From an uncultured virus (IMG/VR IMGVR_UViG_3300023109_001853) (taxonomy: Duplodnaviria > Heunggongvirae > Uroviricota > Caudoviricetes): a stretch of DNA of 20,000 nt. The stretch is from IMG/VR virus record IMGVR_UViG_3300023109_001853. One strand, written 5' to 3'. The notes under the pieces were generated by a model, which worked only from the letters and a program-made list of their open reading frames with translations, was not told the origin of the DNA and searched no databases. Position numbers and translations under genes: made by a program. Below are positions 1 to 8,055 of the stretch, in pieces (positions within the stretch are counted from its first letter, which is position 1; each line of letters starts with the position of its first letter).

Positions 1-429
1 GCTAGACACAGCTATGACGTATTGGGCGACTCGGTTTCAACGGCAGCAAGAATTGAAAGCAAGTGTAAAGAATACGGATGTTTGTTGCTCGTTGGAGAAT
101 CTACATACGAAGCAACAAGAACAGATTTCTTCTACCTCAAAGTAGATGACTTACAAGTTAAAGGTAAGAGTGTAGGACTTAAAATTTACACAGTTCTAGA
201 TAAAACATATCCTGCCTGGCGTAGTGCGCAGAAGAAACACGAGCAGATGCACGAAGATTATCGTGCGCAGCGTTTTGATGATGCTATAGACAAGTGTAAG
301 ATGTTGTATACACACTTTGATCACAAGATGGAAGGTTACTACGACATGTGGATTGAACGCTGTGAGTATATGAAAACACAGGACTTACCCAAAGACTGGA
401 ACGGCGTGTTTATTGCTACTTCGAAGTAG
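1..429 (+). CDS. Class III adenylate/guanylate cyclase, C-terminal part (gene starts upstream of the window)
   Basis: Frame is open from base 1: RHSYDVLGDSVSTAARIES, LLVGESTY, VKGK, ending with the PKDWNGVF..TSK tail typical of bacterial/phage class III cyclases. Confidence 0.85.
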   Translation, partial: ARHSYDVLGDSVSTAARIESKCKEYGCLLLVGESTYEATRTDFFYLKVDDLQVKGKSVGLKIYTVLDKTYPAWRSAQKKHEQMHEDYRAQRFDDAIDKCKMLYTHFDHKMEGYYDMWIERCEYMKTQDLPKDWNGVFIATSK

Positions 430-613
430 CTTCGTGTTTTAACAGCAGAGCATTAACTTCATCTGTTTTAATTAACCAACCGCTTTCGTTTACAATGAAA
501 ACATCGCCTGGTTTGTACAACCCTTTGTCCATTACTTCAGTTGGTGTATCACCTACAACTTTAAAGCCTCTACCTCCTGGTATGCTATCAATAGTATAAT
601 CCATCCACATCAT
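416..613 (-). CDS. Hypothetical protein (65 aa)
   Basis: ORF coupled by an ATGA overlap to 610..879; converges on the cyclase gene. Confidence 0.6.
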   Translation of the reverse strand: MMWMDYTIDSIPGGRGFKVVGDTPTEVMDKGLYKPGDVFIVNESGWLIKTDEVNALLLKHEATSK

Positions 614-879
614 ACTAGTTCTACCTTTCTTACGTTTGAAAATTTAAGTGCAAACAATGTTGCTTGTTTACTATCTGGAACTTCTACATAGATATCGCAA
701 CGGCAATATATATCCCCTGGCATGGTTTGACTGCTACTACGCAACAGATGCCATTCCCAGTTGTTAGATTCTACAGTTTTGTAAAGTTCGTCACCTAGTT
801 CACGCCTTATCCATATGTGTTCCATGCTTTTGTGAGCGTGTGACCATTTGTACTCGCATTGTCCTAAATAATACTTCAT
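610..879 (-). CDS. Hypothetical protein (89 aa)
   Basis: ORF in a minus-strand run; TAAATA box 5 nt upstream of the ATG. Confidence 0.7.
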   Translation of the reverse strand: MKYYLGQCEYKWSHAHKSMEHIWIRRELGDELYKTVESNNWEWHLLRSSSQTMPGDIYCRCDIYVEVPDSKQATLFALKFSNVRKVELV

Positions 880-884
880 AAAAA

Positions 885-890
885 TATTTA
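885..890 (-). promoter_or_regulatory. TAAATA late-promoter-like box
   Basis: Minus strand reads TAAATA-TTTTT-ATG (ATG at 879); resembles the T4 gp55 TATAAATA core. Confidence 0.5.
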
Positions 891-1223
891 TTTTTTAGGT
901 GCAGGCTTTCCTGTAGAATTGAATGTTTCGCCGCGGCTTTGATATTTTACAATAGCTTCATCTAAGAACGCTTGCTGTTCTGGATTAAGACTGGCTCTAT
1001 GCTCTAACACCATACTAAGTTTGCTGTTAAGTCTAATCATGTCGTTGTCTAACATACGCACACGATCAACAAGACGTATAAGTGTACCCATGCTTTGTCC
1101 AATAACAGGATCGATAGTTTCAGTCACCCACTTCCAGATAAAGAATATGAAATATCCCATGCCCATCGCAGCAATAACTGGAAAGCCAAAGTCTTTGATT
1201 GCACCTGCGATATCAATTTCCAT
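888..1223 (-). CDS. Small membrane protein (N-terminal TM helix plus coiled coil; holin-like/YvrJ-like)
   Basis: GFPVIAAMGMGYFIFFIWKW TM segment; LVDRVRMLDNDMIRL; paralogue of 1226..1504. Confidence 0.7.
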   Translation of the reverse strand: MEIDIAGAIKDFGFPVIAAMGMGYFIFFIWKWVTETIDPVIGQSMGTLIRLVDRVRMLDNDMIRLNSKLSMVLEHRASLNPEQQAFLDEAIVKYQSRGETFNSTGKPAPKK

Positions 1224-1225
1224 TG

Positions 1226-1504
1226 TCAGTCCCTTCGAGCATCGTCTTTGCCTTCATTAGCAGCTATCCTGTCAATGTTAGGTTTAACTCCAAGTGCGTA
1301 ACTTAGTAGTGCATCTATCTTAACTAAATCGTTGTTCATAGTTTGTACACGATTGTCCAGCGATCCGATAATACCATTCAGTGTTTTTACACTGTCTTCA
1401 ACTCCGCCTAAGATAAAACTAAGTGTTAAAAAAACAAAATATCCAGCCGCTAATGCCCCAGCGATTGGAAATCCTACTTCACTTGCTAGTGTTAGAAAAT
1501 CCAT
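1226..1504 (-). CDS. Small membrane protein (N-terminal TM helix plus coiled coil; holin-like/YvrJ-like)
   Basis: GFPIAGALAAGYFVFLTLSFIL TM segment; LDNRVQTMNNDLVKI; AGAGGGA SD-like site upstream. Confidence 0.7.
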   Translation of the reverse strand: MDFLTLASEVGFPIAGALAAGYFVFLTLSFILGGVEDSVKTLNGIIGSLDNRVQTMNNDLVKIDALLSYALGVKPNIDRIAANEGKDDARRD

Positions 1505-1529
1505 ATGTTCCCTCTTTGCCCTATACTAT

Positions 1530-1543
1530 TATTTATATAAATA
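1530..1543. promoter_or_regulatory. Back-to-back T4-type late promoters (TATAAATA on both strands)
   Basis: Perfect palindrome TATTTATATAAATA between divergent genes at 1504(-) and 1562(+). Confidence 0.65.
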
Positions 1544-1561
1544 TTATCAAGGGAGAGGGCA

Positions 1562-2092
1562 ATGAAATATTTACTAGGCGCAACAGTTTTGGCGCTATCA
1601 GCCGCTTGCACAACACCGGGCAACAGTATAGAAAACCCCATATCAGAACCTAGACAAAAAATACGTGTAGGATTAGATAATCCGGCAATTCGAGCATTTA
1701 AGTACATAGACTATACAGAACGCACACACAGAGCAGAACTTAGAGAACTTACAGGCATTGACCCTGTACGTACAGAATGGTGTGCAGCTTTTATAAATGC
1801 CGTACTAGAAGAAAGCGACATTGTAAGTAATAACGATCACAAATATCCATTAACAGCAAGAGCGTTCCTGCAATGGGGTGTCGAAGTATCAGAACCAGAG
1901 CCGGGTGATGTTGTTGTATTTCCAAGAGGCAACTCAAGTTGGCAAGGGCATGTTGGATTTTATTTAAAAGCTGAAGTTCTAAATGGAGTAGAGTACTATT
2001 GGATACTAGGCGGAAACCAATCTAATAAAGTTAGCATAGTAAGATATCGTGCGAGCAATGCATTAGGCATTCGTCGAGAATCTTCTATATAA
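1562..2092 (+). CDS. TIGR02594-type CHAP/NlpC-P60-like cysteine peptidase with lipoprotein signal (putative cell-wall hydrolase)
   Basis: Lipobox-like LSAAC; WCAAF (catalytic Cys), PGDVVVF, GHVGF (His), LGGNQ. Confidence 0.85.
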   Translation: MKYLLGATVLALSAACTTPGNSIENPISEPRQKIRVGLDNPAIRAFKYIDYTERTHRAELRELTGIDPVRTEWCAAFINAVLEESDIVSNNDHKYPLTARAFLQWGVEVSEPEPGDVVVFPRGNSSWQGHVGFYLKAEVLNGVEYYWILGGNQSNKVSIVRYRASNALGIRRESSI

Positions 2093-2097
2093 AACAG

Positions 2098-2125
2098 TTG
2101 ACATCTGCTGTAAATCGTGTATACT
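2098..2125 (+). promoter_or_regulatory. Sigma70-type promoter
   Basis: TTGACA-N16-TATACT, followed by AGGAG SD and ATG at 2154. Confidence 0.7.
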
Positions 2126-2153
2126 AGTAAAGTACTACAAGGAGACACACAGT

Positions 2154-2705
2154 ATGATTGAAGGATTTAAGCCACCATGCGTGGTATTTCAAACTCGTGT
2201 TCGCGATGAAAGTATTGGCGGACCAAACCCATTTCGTTGGGAACAAGTAAACAGTGACGCATTGCTTACAGGCAAGCGTGTAGCAATCTTTAGTTTGCCA
2301 GGAGCATTTACACCTACTTGCTCAACATATCAACTTCCAGGCTTTGAAGCTAACTATGCTCGTATCAAAGAAGCAGGCGTAGACGAAGTGTATTGTATTA
2401 GTGTAAACGATGCGTTTGTAATGAACGCTTGGGCTAAACAGCAAGAGATTAAAAACGTAAAAGTTATTCCAGATGGCTCAGGCAACTTTACTCGCTTTAT
2501 GGGTATGTTGATTGGTAAGAACCATGTAGGCTTTGGCAATCGCAGCTGGCGCTATATGACAGTGATTAACAATGGTGTTGTAGAGAAGTGGTGGCAGGAA
2601 CCTGGCATTAACAACGACGGTACTGACGAAGATCCGTATGGTGAAACTACACCTGAGAATATGGTCGACTATCTCGAAAGTAAACTAGAAATTAGCATCG
2701 ATTAA
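2154..2705 (+). CDS. Peroxiredoxin (Prx5/redoxin family)
   Basis: SLPGAFTPTCS active-site motif; SVNDAFVMNAW; PDGSGNFT; RSWRY. Confidence 0.95.
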   Translation: MIEGFKPPCVVFQTRVRDESIGGPNPFRWEQVNSDALLTGKRVAIFSLPGAFTPTCSTYQLPGFEANYARIKEAGVDEVYCISVNDAFVMNAWAKQQEIKNVKVIPDGSGNFTRFMGMLIGKNHVGFGNRSWRYMTVINNGVVEKWWQEPGINNDGTDEDPYGETTPENMVDYLESKLEISID

Positions 2706-2708
2706 AGG

Positions 2709-2737
2709 TTGACAAATGAAGTCCAGTCTGTTAGTAT
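2709..2737 (+). promoter_or_regulatory. Sigma70-type promoter with extended -10, probably giving a leaderless mRNA
   Basis: TTGACA-N17-TAGTAT with TG at 2729-2730; ATG at 2744 and no SD. Confidence 0.6.
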
Positions 2738-2743
2738 AGTATT

Positions 2744-3283
2744 ATGATTGAATATGAATATTACGACTGGACTTCTCTTATCAACGCTGATAGTAAACAG
2801 CGTATGGTAAAAGACATTGACTATTTGATTTCAAATGGTAGTTATTGGAAAAATAGTCCGCCCTACCAAACGGACGTTAATATATTTGGGTTACCTACAA
2901 CTGATTGGGTAAACCTTAAAATGAGTTTTATTTGGAGTTGCTTTGCGTATATGCAACAAGAGCGCCAAATTAAAACAGTTAAAAGCTGGGGATATCAAAC
3001 TTGTCTTAAAACACAAGAAGATCGTAATAGATACTGGCACCAGCATATTAGAGAAGACTCTACAGTATTAAGTGGAGTATACTATTTGCATTTACCCCAA
3101 GGTGTAGACTTAACTACGTCTGGGACAGAGTTTGCACCAGACGGTGTAGAAGGCAATGGCAAATTCTTTGCCGAAGCACGTTTAGGAAACTGGATAATCT
3201 TTCCAGGCAAGAGCTGGCATCGTCCAGGAATATTACAATCAAACGAAAACCGCTACATTGTAGCAGCAGACATGGAGTTTTAA
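2744..3283 (+). CDS. Putative 2OG-Fe(II) oxygenase
   Basis: WHQH...LSGVYYL...IIFPGKSWHRP...RYIVA double-stranded beta-helix motifs. Confidence 0.75.
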   Translation: MIEYEYYDWTSLINADSKQRMVKDIDYLISNGSYWKNSPPYQTDVNIFGLPTTDWVNLKMSFIWSCFAYMQQERQIKTVKSWGYQTCLKTQEDRNRYWHQHIREDSTVLSGVYYLHLPQGVDLTTSGTEFAPDGVEGNGKFFAEARLGNWIIFPGKSWHRPGILQSNENRYIVAADMEF

Positions 3284-3284
3284 A

Positions 3285-4013
3285 ATGGCAACCTCAGAAC
3301 AAAAAGAAGAATTAGTAGAAACACTCAAAGGCCCACGCTTCTATAATATTCAACTAAATGGATACGGCGGCGAAAGTGCGTACATGAGTATTCCAAAAGA
3401 AGCACACGACTTTTGGCAACCACTCTGTGAAAAACACGGTGATTATGATTTAACCACTTACATGAACAGTGATGGCGAGGAAGAAGACGAGTACGAAAAC
3501 ATTGAAAGCGTTCCACCAGAAGCACAGTTCTTGCATGATCCAGATCACGACAACTACAAGCGTCCTTGGTATGAGTCGCACACAGAGTTTGAACACTCAA
3601 TGGGAGTCGAATGGAGTAGTGCATACATAGTAGTGGATGAAGTTGATTCAATGAAATACGATGCAAGTCATGTTGATAGCGTTATCGACGGCGAGAACTT
3701 GCAAGACATGCTCAACGAACTTGATGAAGCAAGTGGTTATGAACTTGAACCGGTTGTCATGGGCTGTGAAGATGAAGCACCAGAAGGCACAGAATATATT
3801 GCACAGTTATACTCAAGCGAAAAAGGACAGTTCTTTAATGGTGTTATTGAAACTATAGGTGAGTTTGATATTAAGAAACTAAAAGTTTATACAACAGAAT
3901 ATTTAAACGGTGAAGACACTGTAACGTCAATTGAGTATGACGGTGTTGAAATTGAAAACGATGGTGGGGATACTAACGGAAAAGGTTACTCTGCGAGTGT
4001 TTGGAGGTATTAA
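3285..4013 (+). CDS. Acidic hypothetical phage protein (242 aa)
   Basis: Long ORF, very rich in D/E; GGAG upstream. Confidence 0.75.
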   Translation: MATSEQKEELVETLKGPRFYNIQLNGYGGESAYMSIPKEAHDFWQPLCEKHGDYDLTTYMNSDGEEEDEYENIESVPPEAQFLHDPDHDNYKRPWYESHTEFEHSMGVEWSSAYIVVDEVDSMKYDASHVDSVIDGENLQDMLNELDEASGYELEPVVMGCEDEAPEGTEYIAQLYSSEKGQFFNGVIETIGEFDIKKLKVYTTEYLNGEDTVTSIEYDGVEIENDGGDTNGKGYSASVWRY

Positions 4014-4398
4014 CTGTTAGTTCAATGAACTCGCTTAGAAAGTTGAAATGTGTAGCTAGTGTATTAAACAACTCAGGATGTTTTTCGCCTGCTACTATTT
4101 CATATGATGATGAACCTATGTCTTGATAGTATCTACGACTAAGTCCTTTACGTTCTCCTATACTAGGAAATACTCCACTTACAAACAAACAAGTGTCGCC
4201 CAATGATTTTGCATCTCTACTATTTTTTATTGTTAAAAATGCAGTTGCAAAAGTGTCTGGGAGGAAATCTTTTTTGTCAACAAAGTTAGCAAGAAGCATA
4301 ACAACATATGCTTCGATCGGTTCAGGTAAGTCATATCCGCGTGTTGCAGATGTTTCTTTTACAACGTCAAACAACGCTGTCGTATAGGCATCATTCAT
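3973..4398 (-). CDS. Conserved hypothetical protein; probable start MNDAYTT at 4398
   Basis: LGDTCLFVSGVFP...YYQDIGSSSY resembles an uncharacterised bacterial family; TAAATA-N5-ATG at 4398 avoids overlap with the 4426 gene. Confidence 0.7.
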   Translation of the reverse strand: MNDAYTTALFDVVKETSATRGYDLPEPIEAYVVMLLANFVDKKDFLPDTFATAFLTIKNSRDAKSLGDTCLFVSGVFPSIGERKGLSRRYYQDIGSSSYEIVAGEKHPELFNTLATHFNFLSEFIELTVNTSKHSQSNLFR

Positions 4399-4410
4399 AT
4401 AAGTATTTAG
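4398..4410. promoter_or_regulatory. Divergent late-promoter-like boxes
   Basis: Minus-strand TAAATA at 4404-4409, 5 nt before ATG 4398; plus-strand TATAAGTA at 4398-4405 before the AGGAG and ATG at 4426. Confidence 0.45.
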
Positions 4411-4425
4411 TACAGGAGAAAAATC

Positions 4426-4632
4426 ATGAGTGAACAAAAACAATGGTTATATAAGGTAGAAGACATTTTTGAAGACATACCCGATGATCCAAAAAATGTT
4501 AATATGAATATTCCAAAAGAAATTTCAGACGAAATTGGACTAGTCCCTGGAGATCCGATTAAAATAAGCTGGGGAGACCAAGGTAGTATTATTATAGAAA
4601 AAATAGAAAAGGATTCAAGTGGCGAAAAATAA
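4426..4632 (+). CDS. AbrB/MazE-like DNA-binding domain protein
   Basis: [33 protein letters not shown] fits the swapped-hairpin pattern; AGGAG SD. Confidence 0.6.
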   Translation: MSEQKQWLYKVEDIFEDIPDDPKNVNMNIPKEISDEIGLVPGDPIKISWGDQGSIIIEKIEKDSSGEK

Positions 4633-4840
4633 CGAGTTATTTGAAATGGAGGGCACAGTAGTAGAAGTTCTCCGTAATCAGATGTTTAAAGTTGAATTAG
4701 ATAATGGGCATATAGTTACTTGCTACACAGGCGGCAAAATGCGTAAATTTAAGATACGTATTGTAGTAGGTGACAGTGTTACGGTAGAAATGACACCATA
4801 TGACTTAGAAAAAGGCCGCATTATATATCGTGACAAATAG
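4619..4840 (+). CDS. infA: Translation initiation factor IF-1
   Basis: [19 protein letters not shown]...[36 protein letters not shown] start. Confidence 0.95.
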   Translation: MAKNNELFEMEGTVVEVLRNQMFKVELDNGHIVTCYTGGKMRKFKIRIVVGDSVTVEMTPYDLEKGRIIYRDK

Positions 4841-4873
4841 CTAAGTCATTGATTTTTAACGATATCATTTTGG

Positions 4874-4901
4874 TTGACATTATATGATATTAGTGTATAA
4901 T
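4874..4901 (+). promoter_or_regulatory. Sigma70-type promoter
   Basis: TTGACA-N16-TATAAT. Confidence 0.75.
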
Positions 4902-4920
4902 AGTATATGTAATAACAACT

Positions 4921-4940
4921 AAGGCAACTAAAGGCAACTA
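4921..4940 (+). repeat. Tandem 10-mer AAGGCAACTA x2 in the mRNA leader
   Basis: Exact direct repeat at 4921-4930 and 4931-4940, just before ATG 4946. Confidence 0.9.
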
Positions 4941-4945
4941 TTACT

Positions 4946-5383
4946 ATGGCTATTAGAATTACTGGTGGTACTAAGAATCAAAAGAAGTACGCAAGAAGTA
5001 TGGTTAAGTTTTGTATTAAAACACTCATGCCCCGTATGACAACACTTGATATTACTATTAAACTAAAGCGTCCTAATGGTGCATTGGGCTATTGCTTAGA
5101 GCTAGATGATAAACGCACTTTTGAAATCGAAGCCGATCGAACACAGCGTATGCGTAGATTGCTAGAAACTATTGCACACGAAATGGTACACGTTAAGCAA
5201 TATGCTCGCAGAGAGTTGCACCCGGCAACTGACACATGGTGTGGCAAAACATACAATCCTGAGAAAGTGAGCTACTGGGATCTTCCTTGGGAGATTGAAG
5301 CACACGGGCGTGAATTAGGATTGTTTGTACGTTGGGCAGAAGAAAACAACCTCGGTGATAAGAAGTGGACACACTATGTCTAA
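4946..5383 (+). CDS. Zincin-like (HExxH) metallopeptidase
   Basis: TIAHEMVHVKQY and LPWEIEA (third zinc ligand). Confidence 0.8.
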   Translation: MAIRITGGTKNQKKYARSMVKFCIKTLMPRMTTLDITIKLKRPNGALGYCLELDDKRTFEIEADRTQRMRRLLETIAHEMVHVKQYARRELHPATDTWCGKTYNPEKVSYWDLPWEIEAHGRELGLFVRWAEENNLGDKKWTHYV

Positions 5384-5633
5384 ATACAAAGAAAAATTCT
5401 TTAAGCCTACTGATGTATTTGATTTTAAAACGCATTGGGCAGTAGGACTTGAATATCCTATCAAAGGTAGCAAAGACAATACCTATCTTGTTGCTATCAC
5501 AGCTAAAGGCTTTACGTGTGACTGTCCTGGATTTACATTTCGTGGCAAGTGCAAACACACAGAAGCAGTAGCACAACGATGGCGTGATGTATTGTCAGAT
5601 GACTTTGAAGAAAAGTTCTTGACAATTAAGTAA
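5376..5633 (+). CDS. SWIM zinc finger protein
   Basis: FTCDCPGFTFRGKCKH (CxC-x8-CxH); ATG at 5376 overlaps the end of the upstream gene. Confidence 0.8.
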   Translation: MSKYKEKFFKPTDVFDFKTHWAVGLEYPIKGSKDNTYLVAITAKGFTCDCPGFTFRGKCKHTEAVAQRWRDVLSDDFEEKFLTIK

Positions 5634-5646
5634 ACGGTGCTATACT
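5619..5646 (+). promoter_or_regulatory. Sigma70-type promoter with extended -10
   Basis: TTGACA-N16-TATACT with TGn immediately before the -10. Confidence 0.7.
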
Positions 5647-5677
5647 TAATTTAACAACAAAATATGGAAGAAAAATC

Positions 5678-6223
5678 ATGGCAAAAGTAATTAGATCTAA
5701 GTGGTATAAATTTATAGGCGATGCCTACGAATATCACGGTCAAGATCGAGACTCCAAAGAACGCACACACAGTGATGTAGGTTGGCGCCTTCGTAGTAAA
5801 AAATACGGCGGAGTTGCTACATTTGCTAAAATTCCTTTAATCGAGTCTGTACAAGATAGACCGTGTCCTCTAAAAGAAAAACAAAGCGGAATTTATATCT
5901 TGCGAGATAGTATTTTTCCTGAAGGGTTTTATATTGGCAAAGGAAAGTGTATACATGATCGAGTATGGAAACACGGTGTTAAACTTGAAGGTACTAGTAA
6001 GTGGAACAAAGGCGTTGAAACTACAAAAGAATTTGAAAAATATCGCCAATTGCGTAATGCAAAGGGTTTAACAACACTAGATGATGTTGAAATTGCTTTT
6101 TGGTTTACTGATAAAATTGATGAGCTAGAAGATCAGTTGTTAGGTGCTTATACTGCAAAATATAATAAAACTCCAAGTTGTAATGACACTGACGAAGCAA
6201 TGTTCGACGAATGGGACATTTAA
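5678..6223 (+). CDS. GIY-YIG nuclease family protein
   Basis: SGIYILRD...FYIGKG..I.DR..KH; later LE and P.CN motifs. Confidence 0.75.
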   Translation: MAKVIRSKWYKFIGDAYEYHGQDRDSKERTHSDVGWRLRSKKYGGVATFAKIPLIESVQDRPCPLKEKQSGIYILRDSIFPEGFYIGKGKCIHDRVWKHGVKLEGTSKWNKGVETTKEFEKYRQLRNAKGLTTLDDVEIAFWFTDKIDELEDQLLGAYTAKYNKTPSCNDTDEAMFDEWDI

Positions 6224-6255
6224 GGCCAGTTTTATCTCTGTTAAAAATATGAGAT

Positions 6256-6263
6256 CATAAATA
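6256..6263 (+). promoter_or_regulatory. Late-promoter-like box CATAAATA
   Basis: Upstream of AGGAG and ATG 6288. Confidence 0.45.
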
Positions 6264-6287
6264 AATGTACCAATAGGAGATAACTAA

Positions 6288-7184
6288 ATGACAGTACAGG
6301 CACAAACTAATAAAATATTAATTGAAAATAAAATCGGTCGCAAGATGTGGGTATGGGACTCGGATAGTTTTTATACACAAAGGTTGCAAGCAGGTCCGTA
6401 TCAAAAACAAAATCTATTGCATTTACGCAATCTTTGTCCTAATCCAAGAACTATTTTAGATATTGGAATGAACATCGGAATGAATACTTGGGAATATGCT
6501 ACATTTGCTAAAACAGTACATGGGTTCGAGCCTGTTCCTGAAACTTACAAGGTTGCATTAGATAATATTGCAATGAATGTAAAAGATTATAAAACAGACA
6601 CTGGCTGGCTACGCCGCAAAGATGGAACTTTTGAATCATTAGAAATTACAGGTGACATCCATACACATAATATTGCACTAGGCCCAGTAGGAGGTCCTAG
6701 TAAAGTAGAAATGCATATTAAGAAAAATGATGGACACAATCGTGTAGCAAATGACAATGGCGAGTTTAAAACTGTAACAGGAAAAGATATTAAACGAAAC
6801 ACAGGATACGAACGTGTAGAAATTGATCAACGTACTCTTGACAGTTACGGATTTGAAGATGTTGATGTTATTAAAATTGACACAGAAGGTTACGAACTTT
6901 TAGTACTAGAAGGTGCTGATCAAACTATTACAAACAACCGTCCGATTGTACAAGTTGAATGTGTAGATATTCAGCCACGAGCATTTGGTAGAACTATACA
7001 AGAATTGTTTGATTATTTTAATGATAGAGATTATATAATAACCACAGCGGACGGTGTAGTTCGTGGTCCAGAATGGTGTTATGTTAAGAAGATGATGGAC
7101 AGGTTTATGATTCCAAAAGAACGGACTGACTTATATACACTTCCTGAAGAACAACCGTTTAATCAATTATTTGAAGAAATTTAA
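6288..7184 (+). CDS. FkbM family SAM-dependent methyltransferase
   Basis: ILDIGMNIG, GFEPVP, TLDSY, IKIDTEGYELLVLEGA, RPIVQVE. Confidence 0.92.
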   Translation: MTVQAQTNKILIENKIGRKMWVWDSDSFYTQRLQAGPYQKQNLLHLRNLCPNPRTILDIGMNIGMNTWEYATFAKTVHGFEPVPETYKVALDNIAMNVKDYKTDTGWLRRKDGTFESLEITGDIHTHNIALGPVGGPSKVEMHIKKNDGHNRVANDNGEFKTVTGKDIKRNTGYERVEIDQRTLDSYGFEDVDVIKIDTEGYELLVLEGADQTITNNRPIVQVECVDIQPRAFGRTIQELFDYFNDRDYIITTADGVVRGPEWCYVKKMMDRFMIPKERTDLYTLPEEQPFNQLFEEI

Positions 7185-7193
7185 ATAAAAAAC

Positions 7194-7222
7194 TTGACTT
7201 TATTGTGTTTTGGTTATATAAT
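7194..7222 (+). promoter_or_regulatory. Sigma70-type promoter
   Basis: TTGACT-N17-TATAAT. Confidence 0.7.
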
Positions 7223-7263
7223 ATACATATAGTAAGAAATTAGGCAACCACATAGAGGCTATT

Positions 7264-7785
7264 ATGAATTATAAACTTTTACTTCCTGCTGTAGTAATAT
7301 CAGCAGTTACACTATCAGGATGTTCGTCGTTCGGACCCAATCGAATGGTAGAACTTGATGCTATTAAAGCAGACGAAGCAGATAAAGTTCCTGCATTTTA
7401 CATCGAATCACAGCCTGAAAACAGAGCTGCTGGGCGAGGTGTAGCAGATGGACCGGACGCAATTAACATTGCTATGACACTAGCTCGTCATAACGCTATG
7501 ATGCGACTGTGTCGAAATTTAGAAAGTACTACTGAAGGTAGAGTAACTACTAAATCTACACAAACCGCTCGCGGAACATCAAGCGGTACTGCTTCACAGG
7601 CTAGTATCTTTTCTCAGTCACAGTGCCGAGCTGAAGTTGGCAACATTGAACCTTTAGAAATTAAAGTACTTCAAGATGGCAACAATCGAGTAGCATACGT
7701 TTTGATCGAATCTAATAGTGTGCGCCCTGTGGTTGAAAATACATTTAGTGCCCAGGATCAGGCTGCGTTAAACGAAGTACAATAA
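7264..7785 (+). CDS. Lipoprotein (LPP20-like)
   Basis: Signal peptide with LSGC lipobox; P.FY...GRG...AMTLARHNA pattern. Confidence 0.7.
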   Translation: MNYKLLLPAVVISAVTLSGCSSFGPNRMVELDAIKADEADKVPAFYIESQPENRAAGRGVADGPDAINIAMTLARHNAMMRLCRNLESTTEGRVTTKSTQTARGTSSGTASQASIFSQSQCRAEVGNIEPLEIKVLQDGNNRVAYVLIESNSVRPVVENTFSAQDQAALNEVQ

Positions 7786-7786
7786 T

Positions 7787-7990
7787 ATGGATCAGTTTCT
7801 AACAGGATTAGTAGTTGGTGCAATTGGTTTTGCTTTGATGTTTTCACAGCCGCCAAAGGTAGTAGAAGTACTTCCGGAGAACTATACAATTATTACTGAT
7901 ATATCAGAAGATATATGCACAGCACCACTAAATTCTACAGTAGTAGGGCGTGAAGTAAAAACACAAAGAGTTGTTTATACCGGTAATTAA
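7787..7990 (+). CDS. Small membrane-anchored hypothetical protein
   Basis: N-terminal hydrophobic segment FLTGLVVGAIGFALMF. Confidence 0.6.
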   Translation: MDQFLTGLVVGAIGFALMFSQPPKVVEVLPENYTIITDISEDICTAPLNSTVVGREVKTQRVVYTGN

Positions 7991-7994
7991 AAGG

Positions 7995-8022
7995 TTGACA
8001 CCTAACTAAAAGATGTTATTAT
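7995..8022 (+). promoter_or_regulatory. Sigma70-type promoter with extended -10
   Basis: TTGACA-N16-TATTAT with TG at 8014-8015. Confidence 0.65.
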
Positions 8023-8055
8023 TAATACATAGGCAAACAAACAAAGGCACATACA

